Shown here: in pieces, positions 1 to 11,356 of the stretch | How the letters are laid out: every line of letters begins with the position of its first letter | Position numbering within the stretch: position 1 is the stretch's first letter | Origin: an uncultured Gammaproteobacteria bacterium | Lineage (GTDB): Bacteria > Pseudomonadota > Gammaproteobacteria > UBA9214 | Assembly (NCBI GenBank): GCA_963773065.1 | Contig: CAVYZN010000003.1 | Location: 1 to 25,936 of the forward strand | Reading direction: 5' to 3' | Length of the DNA stretch: 25,936 nt | Position numbers and translations under genes: made by a program | Notes under the pieces: model-generated | The model's database searches: none | The model's input: only the letters and a program-made list of their open reading frames with translations | What the model was told of the DNA's origin: nothing

Positions 1-630
1 AGCATAGTGAAACGGAACATGGCGCGGTTGGTGCCGGCAATGAAAAAGGCATCGGCCGCCGCCCGCGTGGTCATGATGCCGGCCGTGGCTCCGAAGCCGG
101 CAGATCGGTCACCGCCGACTGGGGTACCGGCCTGAGGCCGGTCTTGAGATCGATGCCCTGCGCCTCCATCGCCTCGTAATGATCGTTGTTGCTCATCGAG
201 TAGGCCGGCAGTCCCAGGCTGCCATCCCCAATGTAGACCAGGTCGGCCGAAAGCAGGCGGTTAAACGGCACCTCGTCGCGGATCATGCCGATCACCGTGG
301 CGGTGTAGTCGTTCAAGCGGCGCGAACACGCTCTGGTCGCGATTGGTCCACGGCGTCGCGAAATTCTTCAGCGTGACGTTGTAAAAGGCGCTGTCGTCCA
401 TGGCAAGGAATGCCGCACCCGGCATTGCCGCGTGCGATCTCCGCCTCCATGACATCCAGCGCTGCCCGCGGGCGGTACACCGGTCAGGCGGTCGTGGATG
501 CGTTTGGCCTGGCGGCGTTCCAGTTCGCCGGCCGAGGCGCAAGCGAGGCAGTTAAGCAGCAGCACAGCGCCATCGCTATCGTGTTCAGCCGCGGTGTGTA
601 GGTCATGTGAAATAAAGCGTAAATACCCAT
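1..630 (-). CDS. Conserved secreted hypothetical protein, frameshifted and running off the left edge; divergent partner of the HzsA-like/DUF3570 cluster
   Basis: Stitching minus-strand ORFs 484-708, 368-643, 261-542 and 71-316 gives one protein-like sequence: signal-like N-terminus, then ERRQAKRIHDRLTGVPP...FYNVTLKNFATPWTNRDQSVFAPLNDYTATVIGMIRDE...TAGIMTTRAAADAFFIAGTNRAMFRFTML. Start is ATG at 630 or 606. Confidence 0.7.
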
Positions 631-890
631 AATCCCGCCCCATCTGTTATGCCCTGCCGTGAACCGGCGCGCCCTCCCCCGGGAACACATCCTGCGAGTT
701 GCATGCACGGCTTTCTGTGATTAGCTCGCGGAATGGCGGTTACCCCCTGGCCTACAGTGCAACTGCGACAGGCGTAGTGCGGGAAACGGGAAGCCGGTCA
801 CGTTCACCGACTGACGTGTCCAGACTTCGAAACGGTGTTCAGTGAGGCGACGCTACGTGATATCAAGCGAATTGATTACCAGGCAGAATA

Positions 891-3471
891 ATGAAACCGA
901 ATCAGCATGTCCTCAATATTGCGGCGTGACAGGCGCACGACTCTTCGTATCCAGTCTGCTCGGCCTGCTGCTCGGCGCCTGCGGGGGCGGTGGGGGACAG
1001 GCACCGTGATCCGCTGTGCAGGGGATGCGGGGATCGCCTACGTCAGTCGCCCGCTTGCATTCGATTCGACGGGTGGTGTCATACAGCCGGACATCCGTGA
1101 AGCATTGAGATTCAATCCCGGCGCGGACCTGATCTATCGCGAGTCCGCTTCACCCAGCGCTTCGGAGCGCAATGTCACCGCCTCATTCACCAGAGGCCTG
1201 GGCGATGTCAAGGATGTCGAGGCCTCCTACGACGGCACGAAGCTGCTGTTTGCCATGCATGCTCCCGAGATCGAAGGGGCGGACCCGCAGGACCAGCCGA
1301 CCTGGAACATCTGGGAATATGACATCGACGACCGCCAGTTGAGACGCATCATCGCCTCCGATATCACCGCCGAGGCCGGTCAGGATATCGCCCCCCATTA
1401 TTTGCCGGACGGACGAATCATCTTTTCCTCAACCCGCCAGCGCCAGTCCAGAGCCGTGTTGGTGGACGAAGGCAAGCCGCAGTATCGCCGCACTCGATGA
1501 AGACGGCAACGAGCAGGCGCTGGTGCTGCATGTCATGAACAGCGACGGCAGCGATATCCACCAGGTCTCCTTCAACCAGAGTCACGATCTCGATCCGTCC
1601 GTGCTCTCCAGCGGCGAGGTGATCTTCAGCCGCTGGGATCATATGGGCAGTCGCAATGCCATCAGTCTGTACAAGATGCATCCGGACGGCAGTGAACTGC
1701 AGCTGCTCTACGGCGCGCACAGTCATGCCACCGGAACCAATGGCGGCGAGGTCCAGTTTCTGCAGCCGCGCGAACGTTCCGATGGCAAGATTCTCTCCGT
1801 GCTGTTGCCGTTTAACGGCACGGACGGCGGCGGCGACCTGGTACTGATCGACACGGCCAACTATATCGAGTACGACCAGCCGGTCGCGCTCTACCAGGGT
1901 ATTCTGTCCGGTCCCGGCCAGGTGCCGGCAACCGGCAACCCGGTCTCCACCGACAGTTTGATTTCCCCTGGCGGACGATTCAGCAGTGCCTACCCGCTGC
2001 ACGACGGCACTAACCGGTTACTGGTCAGCTGGAGTGCCTGCCGGCTGCTGGAAAATACCCGCATCGTGCCCTGCACGCCGGATCGCCTGTCCGACCCGAA
2101 TGCACGGTCTGCACCACCGCTTTACGGCATCTTCATGTACGACATCGATAACGATACGCAACAACCCATCGTGTCGCCGCGAGAAGGCGTCATGTATACC
2201 GATGTGGTGGCGGCCCAGCCTCGCGACCTGCCTGTCATCCTCTTCGACAAGGTATCCGGAGCCGGCCTCGATGCGCAATACGTCAGCGAGGGGGTTGGCA
2301 TTCTCGACATACGCAGCGTCTATGACGTAGACGGGGTCGATACCGCCGTGCCGGATATCGCCACGCTGGCCGATCCGGCACTGACCACAGCCGATGAACG
2401 CCCGGCCCGCTTTTTGCGCATCGTCAAGGCGGTCGGTATTCCGGATGGCACGGTACTCGACCTGCCGGGTACGGCCTTCGGCCGCAGCCGCGAGCAACTG
2501 ATGCGGGAGATCATCGGTTATGCGCCGGTGCAGCCCGACGGTTCGGTCAGGGTCAGGGTGCCGGCCAATGTCCCGCTGGCCATCACGTACTGGACAAGGC
2601 CGGGCGGCGTATCGGCGGCCGTCACCAGAACTGGCTACAGGTGCTTTCCGGTGAAACGGTGCAATGTACCGGCTGCCACGATCACGCCAGCGGCAAGGGA
2701 CATGGCCATCCCCAGGGACCCGCATCGGTCTATCCCGGTGCACCGGTCACCGGCCTGCCCTTTCCCAATACCGATCCTGTCCTGTTCGCGAATTATGGTG
2801 AGACTATGGCCGAAACCCTGACGCGCCTGAATCCCGCGACGCTGCAACCGTCGATGGACCTGGTGTATGAGGATGTCTGGACTGATGAGACCAAGGCCCA
2901 GCGCGCCCGTGACGCCGGCTTCGGCTACCGCTACGCCGATCTCGCCACACCGGCACCGTCCAGCACGCAGTGCCAGGCGGCCTGGCAGGCGGGTTGTCGC
3001 AGCGTCATCCACTACGAACAGCATATCCATCCCTTGTGGAGCCGGGACCGCGGCGCTGATACCTGCATCCGCTGTCATGGCACGCTCGATGACGACGGCA
3101 ACCTGCAGGTGCCGGTCGCGCAACTGGATCTCACCGATGGCCCTTCGGATCAGGAGACGGCACAGTTCAAGTCCTACCGCGAGCTGCTGTTTTCCGATAA
3201 CGCCCAGGAGATCAGCATGGGTGTCCTGCAGGATGTCCTGGTGCCGGGACCGGTCGATCCCGTCACGGGACTGCCGACCCAGATGCCGGTACCGGTGAAC
3301 CCGTCGATGTCCACGGCGGGTGCGCGGGCGAGCACGGCATTCACCAGCCGGTTCGAGCCGACAGGCAGTCATGCCGGTCGACTCGATCCTGCCGAGCTGC
3401 GCCTGATCTACGAGTGGCTGGATATCGGGGCGCAGTATTACAACGATCCCTTTGCGGTACCGGTGAACTGA
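891..3471 (+). CDS. HzsA-related (hydrazine synthase alpha-like) / TolB-like beta-propeller lipoprotein with two c-type heme motifs (frameshifted)
   Basis: ORFs 907-1500, 1523-2821 and 2641-3471 join at frameshifts near 1490 and 2590. A lipobox LLGLLLGAC-GGGG is read in an alternative frame at ~958-997. PD40/TolB-like repeats (DIAPHYLPDGRIIFSSTR; DLDPSVLSSGEVIFSRWD). HzsA middle-domain-like segment (IIGYAPVQPDGSVRVRVPANVPLAI). CTGCH at 2665-2679 and CIRCH at 3064-3078. Start position uncertain. Confidence 0.75.
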
Positions 3472-3501
3472 CCTCGCCAGTATCGCCATGCGTGATCTCT
3501 G

Positions 3502-4264
3502 ATGCGGCCAACTATTCCTGGCATGCACCTCAAGGTGCTGACTTTCCTGCTGTTGCAATGCCTTGTTACGGCGCTGGCCCATGGAGAGAAACAGCTTTTC
3601 GAGGTTGAGGTGACCGAACCGTATATCGAGCTGCATACCGGTCCGGGTCGTGGCTACCCGGTATTTCATGTCGTGGACCGCGGTGAACGGGTAGAGGTCA
3701 TCACGCGCAAGACCGACTGGTTCAAGGTGCACACGCAAAAAGGCAAGGAAGGCTGGGTGAGCCGTACGCAGATGGAAACGACGCTGACAGCCTCTGGGAA
3801 TAAAACCCGGTTTGCGGAACCGGGGATGGGTGACTTCTCGAACCGGCGCTGGGAGGCGGGTCTGCTTGGGGGAGTCTTCGAGGGTTCCGATATGATCACG
3901 GTGTATGGCGCGTATGCAATGACGTCCGAATCTTTCCGCCGAGCTCTCCGCCTCGCAGGTGTTCAGTAACTATTCCGATGCGTATACAGGCATCGCCGCT
4001 CTCGTGGCACAACCTTTTCCGGAATGGCGTGTTTCGCCGTTTTTTCTGGTGGGGACCGGGATGATTTATACCGATCCGAACGTGACAGTCGTTAACGGCG
4101 ATAATGGGACTGACCAGATCGGCAGCGTGGGCGCCGGTATCCGCTGCTATCTGACGCGGCGCTTCATCCTGCGCGCCGAATACCGCAACAGCGTCATTTT
4201 TCAGGACAGTGACGACAACCAGGAGATCAACGAATGGCAGGCAGGATTTGCATTTTTCTTCTGA
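3502..4264 (+). CDS. SH3b domain plus outer-membrane beta-barrel protein (frameshift near 3930)
   Basis: Signal peptide; SH3b motif (ELHTGPGRGYPV...DWFKVHTQKGKEGWV); continues in ORF 3959-4264 with amphipathic beta strands and a terminal AGFAFFF (C-terminal Phe typical of outer-membrane barrels). Confidence 0.8.
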
Positions 4265-4901
4265 GAAATTCGCTGACTGCAGCCCTCGCCGGCCTGCTGT
4301 TTGCCGTCGGCGCCGTGCGCGCGAATGACCTCATGGAACACGACAACGGGTCCGTGATCGAACCGGAGCTGCAGCGGCGCACGATTACCGAGGCTGATAT
4401 CGACAGCGAGGATTTCGAGGCAGGCGCCTATGCCGGCGTCATGAGCATCGAGGATTTCGGCACCAATTTCGTCTACGGCGTCCGCGCCGCCTATCACATC
4501 ACCGAGGATTTCTTTGTCGAGGCCGCCTACGGGCGTACCGAGGCCAATGAAACAAGCTATGAAACCCTCAGCGGTGGGGCCAAGTTACTTACGACAGCGG
4601 GCAGAAATTCGATTACTACAACATTTCACTTGGCTACAACCTGTTTCCAGGCGAAGCCTTCATCGGAGGCGGGCATGCCTTCAATACGGCGCTCTATGTC
4701 ATTGCCGGTGTCGGCAATACCGAGTTCGCCGATGACAGCCACTTTACGGTCAATGGCGGAGCCGGCTACCGCTTTCTGCTTACCGACTGGATGGCGCTGC
4801 ATGTCGATGTGCGCGATTACATTTTCAAATCCGACCTTTTCGGCAATGACAAGACCACCAACAACCTGGAATTCACGGGTGGACTCACTTTCTTTTTTTG
4901 A
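4234..4901 (+). CDS. Outer-membrane beta-barrel protein, OmpA-like/TIGR04565-type (frameshift near 4597)
   Basis: Signal peptide, then IDSEDFEAGAYAGVMSIEDFGTN...AYHITEDFFVEA. After the frameshift it reads YNISLGYNLFPGEAF...NNLEFTGGLTFFF, with TGA at 4899-4901. Start overlaps the previous gene. Confidence 0.8.
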
Positions 4902-4907
4902 CAGGAG

Positions 4908-5426
4908 ATGGCTATGACCAGACTGATATTCAGATTTGCAGTACGATGGCTTCCGGCCATGCTGTCCGGCTGGCTGATGATGCTTCCGGCAATAGCCGAG
5001 GTGACCAGCGGCGCGGCGCCCGATTTCACCCTGAAAAGCGCCAGTGGTGCAAATCTGAAGCTCAGCGAATACCGTGGCGAAGTGGTACTGATCAACTTCT
5101 GGGCTTCGTGGTGCGGACCCTGTCGGCAGGAAATGCCGGCACTGGATGAGCTGCACAGCCGCTATCGCTCGCTCGGCTTCACCGTTCTCGGTGTCAACGT
5201 CGAGGAAGATTCTCGCAAGGCACGCGAAGTTCTGGCCGACCTGCAGGTCGGCTTCCCGGTGCTGTTCGACGACCACAGCACGGTCAGCCGGCTTTATGAC
5301 ATTGTCGCCATGCCGAGCACCGTACTGGTTGACCGCAACGGCAACATTCGCTACCTGCACAAGGGCTACCAGCCGGGACTCGAGGATGTCTACCTGCAGC
5401 AGGTACGTGAGTTGATCAAGGAATGA
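4908..5426 (+). CDS. TlpA/ResA-family thiol:disulfide oxidoreductase
   Basis: Intact ORF with signal/anchor, APDFTL and NFWASWCGPCRQEMP thioredoxin motif; AGGAG RBS upstream. Confidence 0.92.
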   Translation: MAMTRLIFRFAVRWLPAMLSGWLMMLPAIAEVTSGAAPDFTLKSASGANLKLSEYRGEVVLINFWASWCGPCRQEMPALDELHSRYRSLGFTVLGVNVEEDSRKAREVLADLQVGFPVLFDDHSTVSRLYDIVAMPSTVLVDRNGNIRYLHKGYQPGLEDVYLQQVRELIKE

Positions 5427-5659
5427 TGCGCATAAGGACACTCACAGCCATTGCGGGCCTGCTGCTGTTTCTGCCGCTGGCGGGATGCGGCGATATCGAA
5501 CCGTGGGTGAAGCCCTACGAACGCACCCATCTGGCCGATCCGATCATGTCCTTCGACCGCAACCCGGTGTCCTCGGCCTATATCAATCATGTCTACGAGG
5601 CGCGTGAAGGCGCGCGCGGCGCCGAAGGAGGTCACGGTGGCGGCTGTGGTTGCAACTAG
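5423..5659 (+). CDS. DUF4266-family small lipoprotein
   Basis: Lipobox LAGC, VKPYER..LADPIM, and the characteristic C-terminal GGGCGCN; ATGA overlap with the TlpA stop. Confidence 0.88.
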   Translation: MMRIRTLTAIAGLLLFLPLAGCGDIEPWVKPYERTHLADPIMSFDRNPVSSAYINHVYEAREGARGAEGGHGGGCGCN

Positions 5660-6789
5660 AAGCGGCTGCCTATCTGCCGTCCTGCTCTTGCTCGCAGGTT
5701 TTCCGCTCATGGCCGGCGTCTTGCCCGAAGACCGGGCCGACGCCCTGTATCATTCCTATGACGGCGGCGGCGTGGATATTACCGGGCCTTCCATCCTGGT
5801 GCTCAAGAAGCTCAATCAGAATGTAGCCCTGCGCGGCAATTATTATGTCGATATGATCAGCAGCGCCTCGATCGATGTGGTAACCAGCGGCGCGAGCAAG
5901 TATTCGGAAAAGCGCACCGAGAAGACGCGTGGGTGTCGACTACCTGCATGGCAACTCCACCATGCGGGCGTCCTACACCAACAGCGAGGAGAACGATTAC
6001 ACGGCCAACACGGCCAGCCTCGGTGTCAGTATCGACATGTTCGGCGACCTGACCACGGTCACGCTCGGTTACTCGCGCGGCTGGGACACGGTCGAAAAGG
6101 TCGGTGATCCGTCATTCTCGAAGGATCTCGACCGCCAGAACTACCGCGTGGAACTGTCGCAGGTGATTACCAAAGACATGCTGATGGAACTCGGTTACGA
6201 GGCGATTACCGACGAGGGGTTTCTCAACAACCCCTATCGCTCGGTCCGCTATGTCGATCCGGACAGCCCCGCCGGCTACAGTTTCCAGCCCGAGGTCTAT
6301 CCCCACACCCGTACCAGCAACGCCGTGTCGCTGCGCGCGCTGTACTTCCTGCCTTACCGCGCCAGCCTCAATGGAGAATTCCGCTATTACCACGATACCT
6401 GGGGGATCAGCGCGCACAATTTCGGGGTCGGCTACACCCATCCGTTGGGTGACTGGCTGTTCGATCTCCGGTATCGACACTACACCCAGTCGGCGGCGGA
6501 TTTCTATAGCGATCTGTTTCCCTACGAGAATGCCCAGAACTACCTCGCCAGAGACAAGGAACTGAGCAACTTCACGAGCAATACCCTGGGCGCGGGCCTG
6601 AGCTACGAATTCGTGCGCGACGGCTGGCGTTTCATCGACAAGGCCAGCGTGAACCTGGTCTATGATTACATCTGGTATGACTATGAGGACTTCCGCGACC
6701 TGAGGGACAACTCGGCCCCGGCCGGCAAGGAAAAGTTGTACAGTTTCAGCGCGAACGTCGCGCAGCTGTTTCTTTCCATCCGGTTCTGA
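5637..6789 (+). CDS. DUF3570-family outer-membrane protein (frameshift near 5929)
   Basis: GTG start overlapping the DUF4266 end; LPEDRADALYHSYDGGG, YYVDMISSASIDV, then ORF 5929-6789 with GFLNNPYR, YYHDTWGI, RYRHYTQSAADFY and a terminal Phe. Typical TlpA-DUF4266-DUF3570 order. Confidence 0.85.
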
Positions 6790-7025
6790 ACGCGTGGCTT
6801 CCGGTCATGGCTCAGGTATGCGCGATGATCCTGTCGGTGAACAGATTGTCCTTCGGTGCCTTCATTCGCCATCCGTCAACTCCTCCTGAACTCGTCAGGT
6901 TGGCTGATAGAAACGGATTATCCCGGAGATAGAGCCGGGATTATCGGCTGCAAGATACCAGCAGTCCATGAAGACTATCATCCGCGGAATTCAGGAATGC
7001 AACAAGGTCCGAATGTTGTCCATAT

Positions 7026-7039
7026 TTGATCTACATCAA
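7026..7039. promoter_or_regulatory. FNR/Anr/Dnr-type binding site
   Basis: TTGAT-CTAC-ATCAA, an exact match to TTGAT-N4-ATCAA, in the AT-rich region upstream of the sulfur globule gene; a TATACT -10-like hexamer lies at 7119-7124. Confidence 0.65.
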
Positions 7040-7192
7040 GAAAACCTGAAATAAACCACTCGATGGCGTTATTTTAGAGACGTTTCCGGGGACTGGTGGT
7101 GCGTCATTGCATTTTGCCTATACTTTGGTTACGTTAGCCGGCAGCTTATGCCGTGCAACGGTAAATAAGCGTTTATTTCGGAGGGAAATGTA

Positions 7193-7579
7193 ATGAAGAA
7201 ATTGACGAAGCTTGTTGCCGCCACGATCGTTGCCGGCGCCGCTACCCTGGGTGTGAGTACCGCCAGTGCCTGGTGGGGTGGTAATGATTACTGGGGTGGT
7301 CCCTGGGGCGGTGGTCCTTGGTATGGCGGTTATCCCGGCGATGGGTGGGGTGGTTATCCCTACTACGGTGGTTGGGGTGGTGGTTATCCCGGCTACGGTG
7401 GCTGGGGTGGTGGTTATCCCGGCTACGGTGGCTGGGGTGGTGGTTATCCCTACTACGGCGGCTGGGGTGGTGGTTATCCCTACTACGGCGGCTGGGGTGG
7501 CTATGGTTATCCCTATGCCTACACCGCGCCGTGGCGCCGACGGCACCGGCCACTACCACAAGTCCAAGTAGTCCACTGA
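7193..7579 (+). CDS. Sulfur globule envelope protein (Sgp family, G/Y/P/W-rich)
   Basis: GGAGG RBS; Sec signal ending ASA/WWGG; low-complexity WGGGYPYYGG repeats as in Chromatiaceae-type Sgp proteins. The C-terminus is probably frameshifted (likely ...APTAPATT..KSK, stop 7569-7571). Confidence 0.8.
   Translation: MKKLTKLVAATIVAGAATLGVSTASAWWGGNDYWGGPWGGGPWYGGYPGDGWGGYPYYGGWGGGYPGYGGWGGGYPGYGGWGGGYPYYGGWGGGYPYYGGWGGYGYPYAYTAPWRRRHRPLPQVQVVH
7346..7501 (+). repeat. Coding tandem repeat, 30-bp unit encoding WGGGYP(Y/G)YGG
   Basis: One 27-bp unit (7346-7372), four 30-bp units (7373-7492) and a partial unit; unit tggggtggtggttatccc(tac/ggc)tacgg(t/c)ggc. Confidence 0.95.
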
Positions 7580-7617
7580 AGCTGACGGCAGCGATGGCAA
7601 CCGCCGTAGGAAGCAAG

Positions 7618-7650
7618 AAAGAGCGCGCCCATTCCGGGCGCGCTCTTTTT
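7618..7650. terminator. Rho-independent terminator, probably bidirectional
   Basis: aaagagcgcgccc-attcc-gggcgcgctcttttt: perfect stem with A and T tails, between convergent genes. Confidence 0.85.
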
Positions 7651-7693
7651 ATACTGCACGCTGCTTTCGAGGGAGATGTGTAAAGACCTTAGC

Positions 7694-9387
7694 CTAATAG
7701 GGTCTTGCCGCCGGGTAGTCGCGAAACGGCCCTTCTCCGGTTGTCGGCGGTGGCTGCATGGGTGGCGCGCTCGGCAGATCATTGGCAGCGGGCATTTTAC
7801 CTTCGCGGTACGCTGCCAGTGCCCTGGACAGCCGGTCGGCCTCGCCCGGCCAGGTCCAGACGGCGAGGGCCACGACTTGTTCCTGAATCTCGGCCGCCTG
7901 TTTGAAATCGCCGGTTGCGGCATGGGCCAGCGCGAGTGCCTCTCGGGCTGGCGGGATGGCCTGCTGCTGTTCGGCTAGTCGTTGCGCCAGCCGGAGCGCC
8001 TGCTGTGGATCGCCTATCCCCTTGTCCTCGCTGGTGGCGAGCAGACTGATCAAGCGGAGAGTGAATAACGGCTGCTCCGGGGAATGTTGCACGGCCGACT
8101 TCGAGATTCGGTCTTGATCTGTGTCGCGGGGGCGCGCGGTTTTATCGAGGGTTTCCAGATAGAGCAGACGGGCCGGGGTATTGCGTGGATCGTCATCAAC
8201 GGCCGCGGCATAATGGCGCTGCGCGCTGGCGTAGTCGCCCTGGCGATAGTAGTGGTTGGCCAGGAAGAAATGCGCGCCGCCGTGCGCCGGTATCGTATTC
8301 CAGTACCCGCTGGTAACAGGCTTCGGCCTGCGCGGCGATCACCTGCTTCGTCATAAAGAACACCCAGCAGGAACAGTCCCAGCGTGTTGTCAGGCTGGAT
8401 GGGCAGCGCCCGTTCGAGCGCTTGGCGGGCTTCGGTTTTCCGGCCTGTCAGGTACAGGGTGCGGGCGTAACTGACCCGCGCGATGGCATTGTCCGGCTCC
8501 GTCTCCAGTCCCTTCGCAAAGGCGGTTGCGGCCGCCTGATAGTCGCGTTCGTGGATGGCCTTCATGGCACCGGGCGAAATACCGGCTGGCGCTGTTTTTC
8601 ATGGCTTCCAGTTCTTCGACCAGCGGATCCTTCACGGCGGGCAGGCGGTCACCGCGTTGCGCCAGATGCTAGCTTTGCCTCCGCGTCGCGTTTTACCGCG
8701 TGCAGGGCCTGTGCCAAGCGGATAATGGATGCTCGTTGCCGCGGGATCCAGTTGCAGCGCCTTGTTGAAGTCGTCGATGGCGCTTTGCGTAGTCGCGCCG
8801 CAGCAGGGCGATCTGCCCAGGCCGAACAGCGCGGGCGCCTCCAGGCCCGGCATGCCGGCGACCTCCCGGTAGGCGGTCTGCTGCCTTGTCCGTTTCATTG
8901 AGATCGAACCAGACGTCGGCCATGCGCAATGTCAGCGGATGGTAATCGGGTTTCAGTGACCGGGCGTGCTCATAGCGCGTCAGGGCAAGCGCGGTTTGCC
9001 CGGTCTGGGCCGCGAGCCAGGCGGCGTAATAAGCCCAGCGGAAATTCTCCGGGTCAAGGCGCATGGCATTCTGGAAACACGGCTCCGCCGACTGGCGCAG
9101 GAAGCTGGTCTGGTACAATCCACCCAGTTCGCCATAGGCGTTGGCCAGTTCGGCGGCGGATACATCCGGTTTCTGCAACGCGGCATTGACGGTATTGCGC
9201 GCCTCGACCAGGCTGGTCTGGATGTCGGCCGCCTGACCCGTCAAGCTTCGGCACGGGTACGGGCAACAGTTTGCCGGCCCAGAGCGCGGGGGGGCTGGCG
9301 ACGTTATCGTCAGCGAGCGCCACGGCCCCAGTCAGCAGGCCCAGCAGGATCAGGGCAAGGCGAAACCGTTCATGCGCATGAGCGCAT
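7694..9387 (-). CDS. Exported tetratricopeptide-repeat protein (multiple frameshifts)
   Basis: Signal peptide RFRLALILLGLLTGAVALA near 9370-9310; TPR helices across ORFs 8693-9244, 8632-8898, 8050-8565 and 7694-8092 (e.g. AEPCFQNAMRLDPENFRWAYY; ARQALERALPIQPDN); start overlaps the upstream stop. Confidence 0.75.
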
Positions 9388-11223
9388 CACTTCCCGGCCG
9401 GTTGGGTGATCGTCAGCGTGGTATCGACCCGAGCGACGGGAACCTCCTGTATCTGGCCATTCGGCCAGGTCACGGTCAGTGCATCCACCCTTTCCGCCTC
9501 GCCCAGCCCGAAGGTCACCGGCAGTTCGACCTGGGAGAGGAAACTGCGCGTCGGCATGACAATGCGCCGTTGCGTCACCCCGTCCGCGGTCAGCGTCAGC
9601 ATGGCGCCGATGGCGTTGCGGTTCACCGTGCGCCCTTCCAGCTTGACCCGCAGCCAATGATGGCCGAGGTGCTGGTCATTGCGAAACAGGACGGCACGCC
9701 GGCCGTTCTGCACCACGACGATGTCCAGGTCGCCGTCGCCGTCGATGTCGGCATAGGCCGCTCCCCGTCCCACCATGGGCATCGACAGGTCGCCGGCGGC
9801 ATGCACCAGGACGAACCGGGCGCGACAGGCGTCGCCGCAGTTCCAGAATAGTTGCGCCGGCTGGGCATAGGTCTGGCTGGGCTGCACGACGTTGATATCG
9901 CTCTCGAGGTGGCCGTTGGCCTGGAAGATATCGAGGCGGCCGTCGAGATCATAGTCGAAGAAAAATAGGCCGAAGGTCAGCGCCAGGCGCGTGGCCGGGC
10001 CGAAACCCTCGATGATGGCCTCGTCGGCGAACGGCGCATGGCCGTCCTCGGTCACGAAGAGGGAACTCATCTCGTTGGCGAAATTGCCGATGCCGATGCC
10101 CAGGTCCTCGTCGTTGCGGAAATAGGCCGCATCGATGCCCATGGCGCCGGTGGCCTTGCCGTTACGGTCGTAGGCGATGCCCTCCATCGTGCCGATCTCC
10201 TCGAAATCGGCCGTTGCCGAGGTTGTGGTAAAGAAAATTCCTGACGGTGTCATTGGCGATAAACAGGTCGATCCAGCCGTCCCGGTCGTAATCGACCGGG
10301 GCGACGCCCAGGGTCTTGCCCTCCGGCATGCCGCTCATCGGGTCGTCGACGGTGATGCCGGCCGCATGCGATACGTCGCTGAACCGGCCATTGCCTTCAT
10401 TGCGGTACAGGCGGTTATTGGCGCCGGTAAAGTGATTGGGGGCGCCAAAGGCGCGGCCCAGGCCGGTAAGCTGGAAACCGATCTCGAGGTCGATCTTGCG
10501 TGACCAGAGCACGTAGTTGCCGACGAACAGATCCAGGTCGCCGTCATTGTCGTAGTCGATAAAGGCAGCAGCCGTGCTCCAGTCGGTGTCCAGTCCGGCG
10601 ACGCCGGCCTGCGCGGTGACATCGACAAACCGGCCATGGTCGTTTCTGAGCAGGATGTTATTGCCCAGGGTCGTGATATAGAGGTCCGTCCAGCCATCGT
10701 TGTCATAATCGCCGATGGCCGCGCCCATGCCGAAGCAGGTGATCTTGAGTCCCGCTTCAGCGGTCACGTCGGTGAACCGTCCATGCCCGTCATTGCGGTA
10801 AAACGCCAGGGTGGGCGCCGGCTCCCGCTCCTCGCCCGGCCACCATTTGGAATTGACCAGCAGCAGATCCTGGTCGCCGTCATTGTCGTAATCGAGGAAG
10901 GCCGCCCCGCTCCCGATCGTCTCCGGCATCAGTTTCTCACCGGTGCTGCCATTGACGTGCACGAAATCGATGCCTGCTTCACGGGTGATATCGGTGAACG
11001 TCACGGGGGGCGGCGTCTGCGGCGGCGTGCCTTCATCGATGACCGGTCCGGAGATGACGGCCTCCTCGATCACTGGCGGAGTCGCGTGTCCGGGCGGGTC
11101 AGGTACCAGATGCCCGTGCCTGCCAGAGCGACTAGCCACAATGACGCCAAGCGAGCGGTAAAATGCCGTGCGAATGAGCGCTTCGCGCTGTTCCAGATCC
11201 ATCGATTGCTTGTCTTTATCCAT
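9387..11223 (-). CDS. CRTAC1-family protein (FG-GAP/VCBS repeats plus C-terminal ASPIC/UnbV domain)
   Basis: ORFs 10162-11223 and 9387-10253 join near 10200. Repeated DYDNDGDxDL Ca-binding motifs, FTDVTAEAG, and C-terminal NRNAIGA...SFLSQ..VTFGLG....LTVTWPNG. Confidence 0.88.
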
Positions 11224-11356
11224 TGCGGTTGATGTCGTCTGTCCCGGTTGCGTCCCGTGCCCCGCTCAAGTCGGCAACGAAGCTCTCTACGCTCAGCGCG
11301 CAGGCGCCTGAAATCATAAATTGCTTGGGCACGGGACTGCGTCCGGTCATTGCGGA

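Noticed and set aside
891-3471. Evidence for anammox metabolism
   Set aside because: Only an HzsA-like architecture; no hzsB/hzsC and the context is proteobacterial.
7094-7111. Sigma-54 promoter upstream of the sgp gene
   Set aside because: GG-to-GC spacing is 9 or 12 nt, not the required 10.
7346-7501. CRISPR-like array
   Set aside because: Head-to-tail in-frame coding repeats with no unique spacers and no cas genes.
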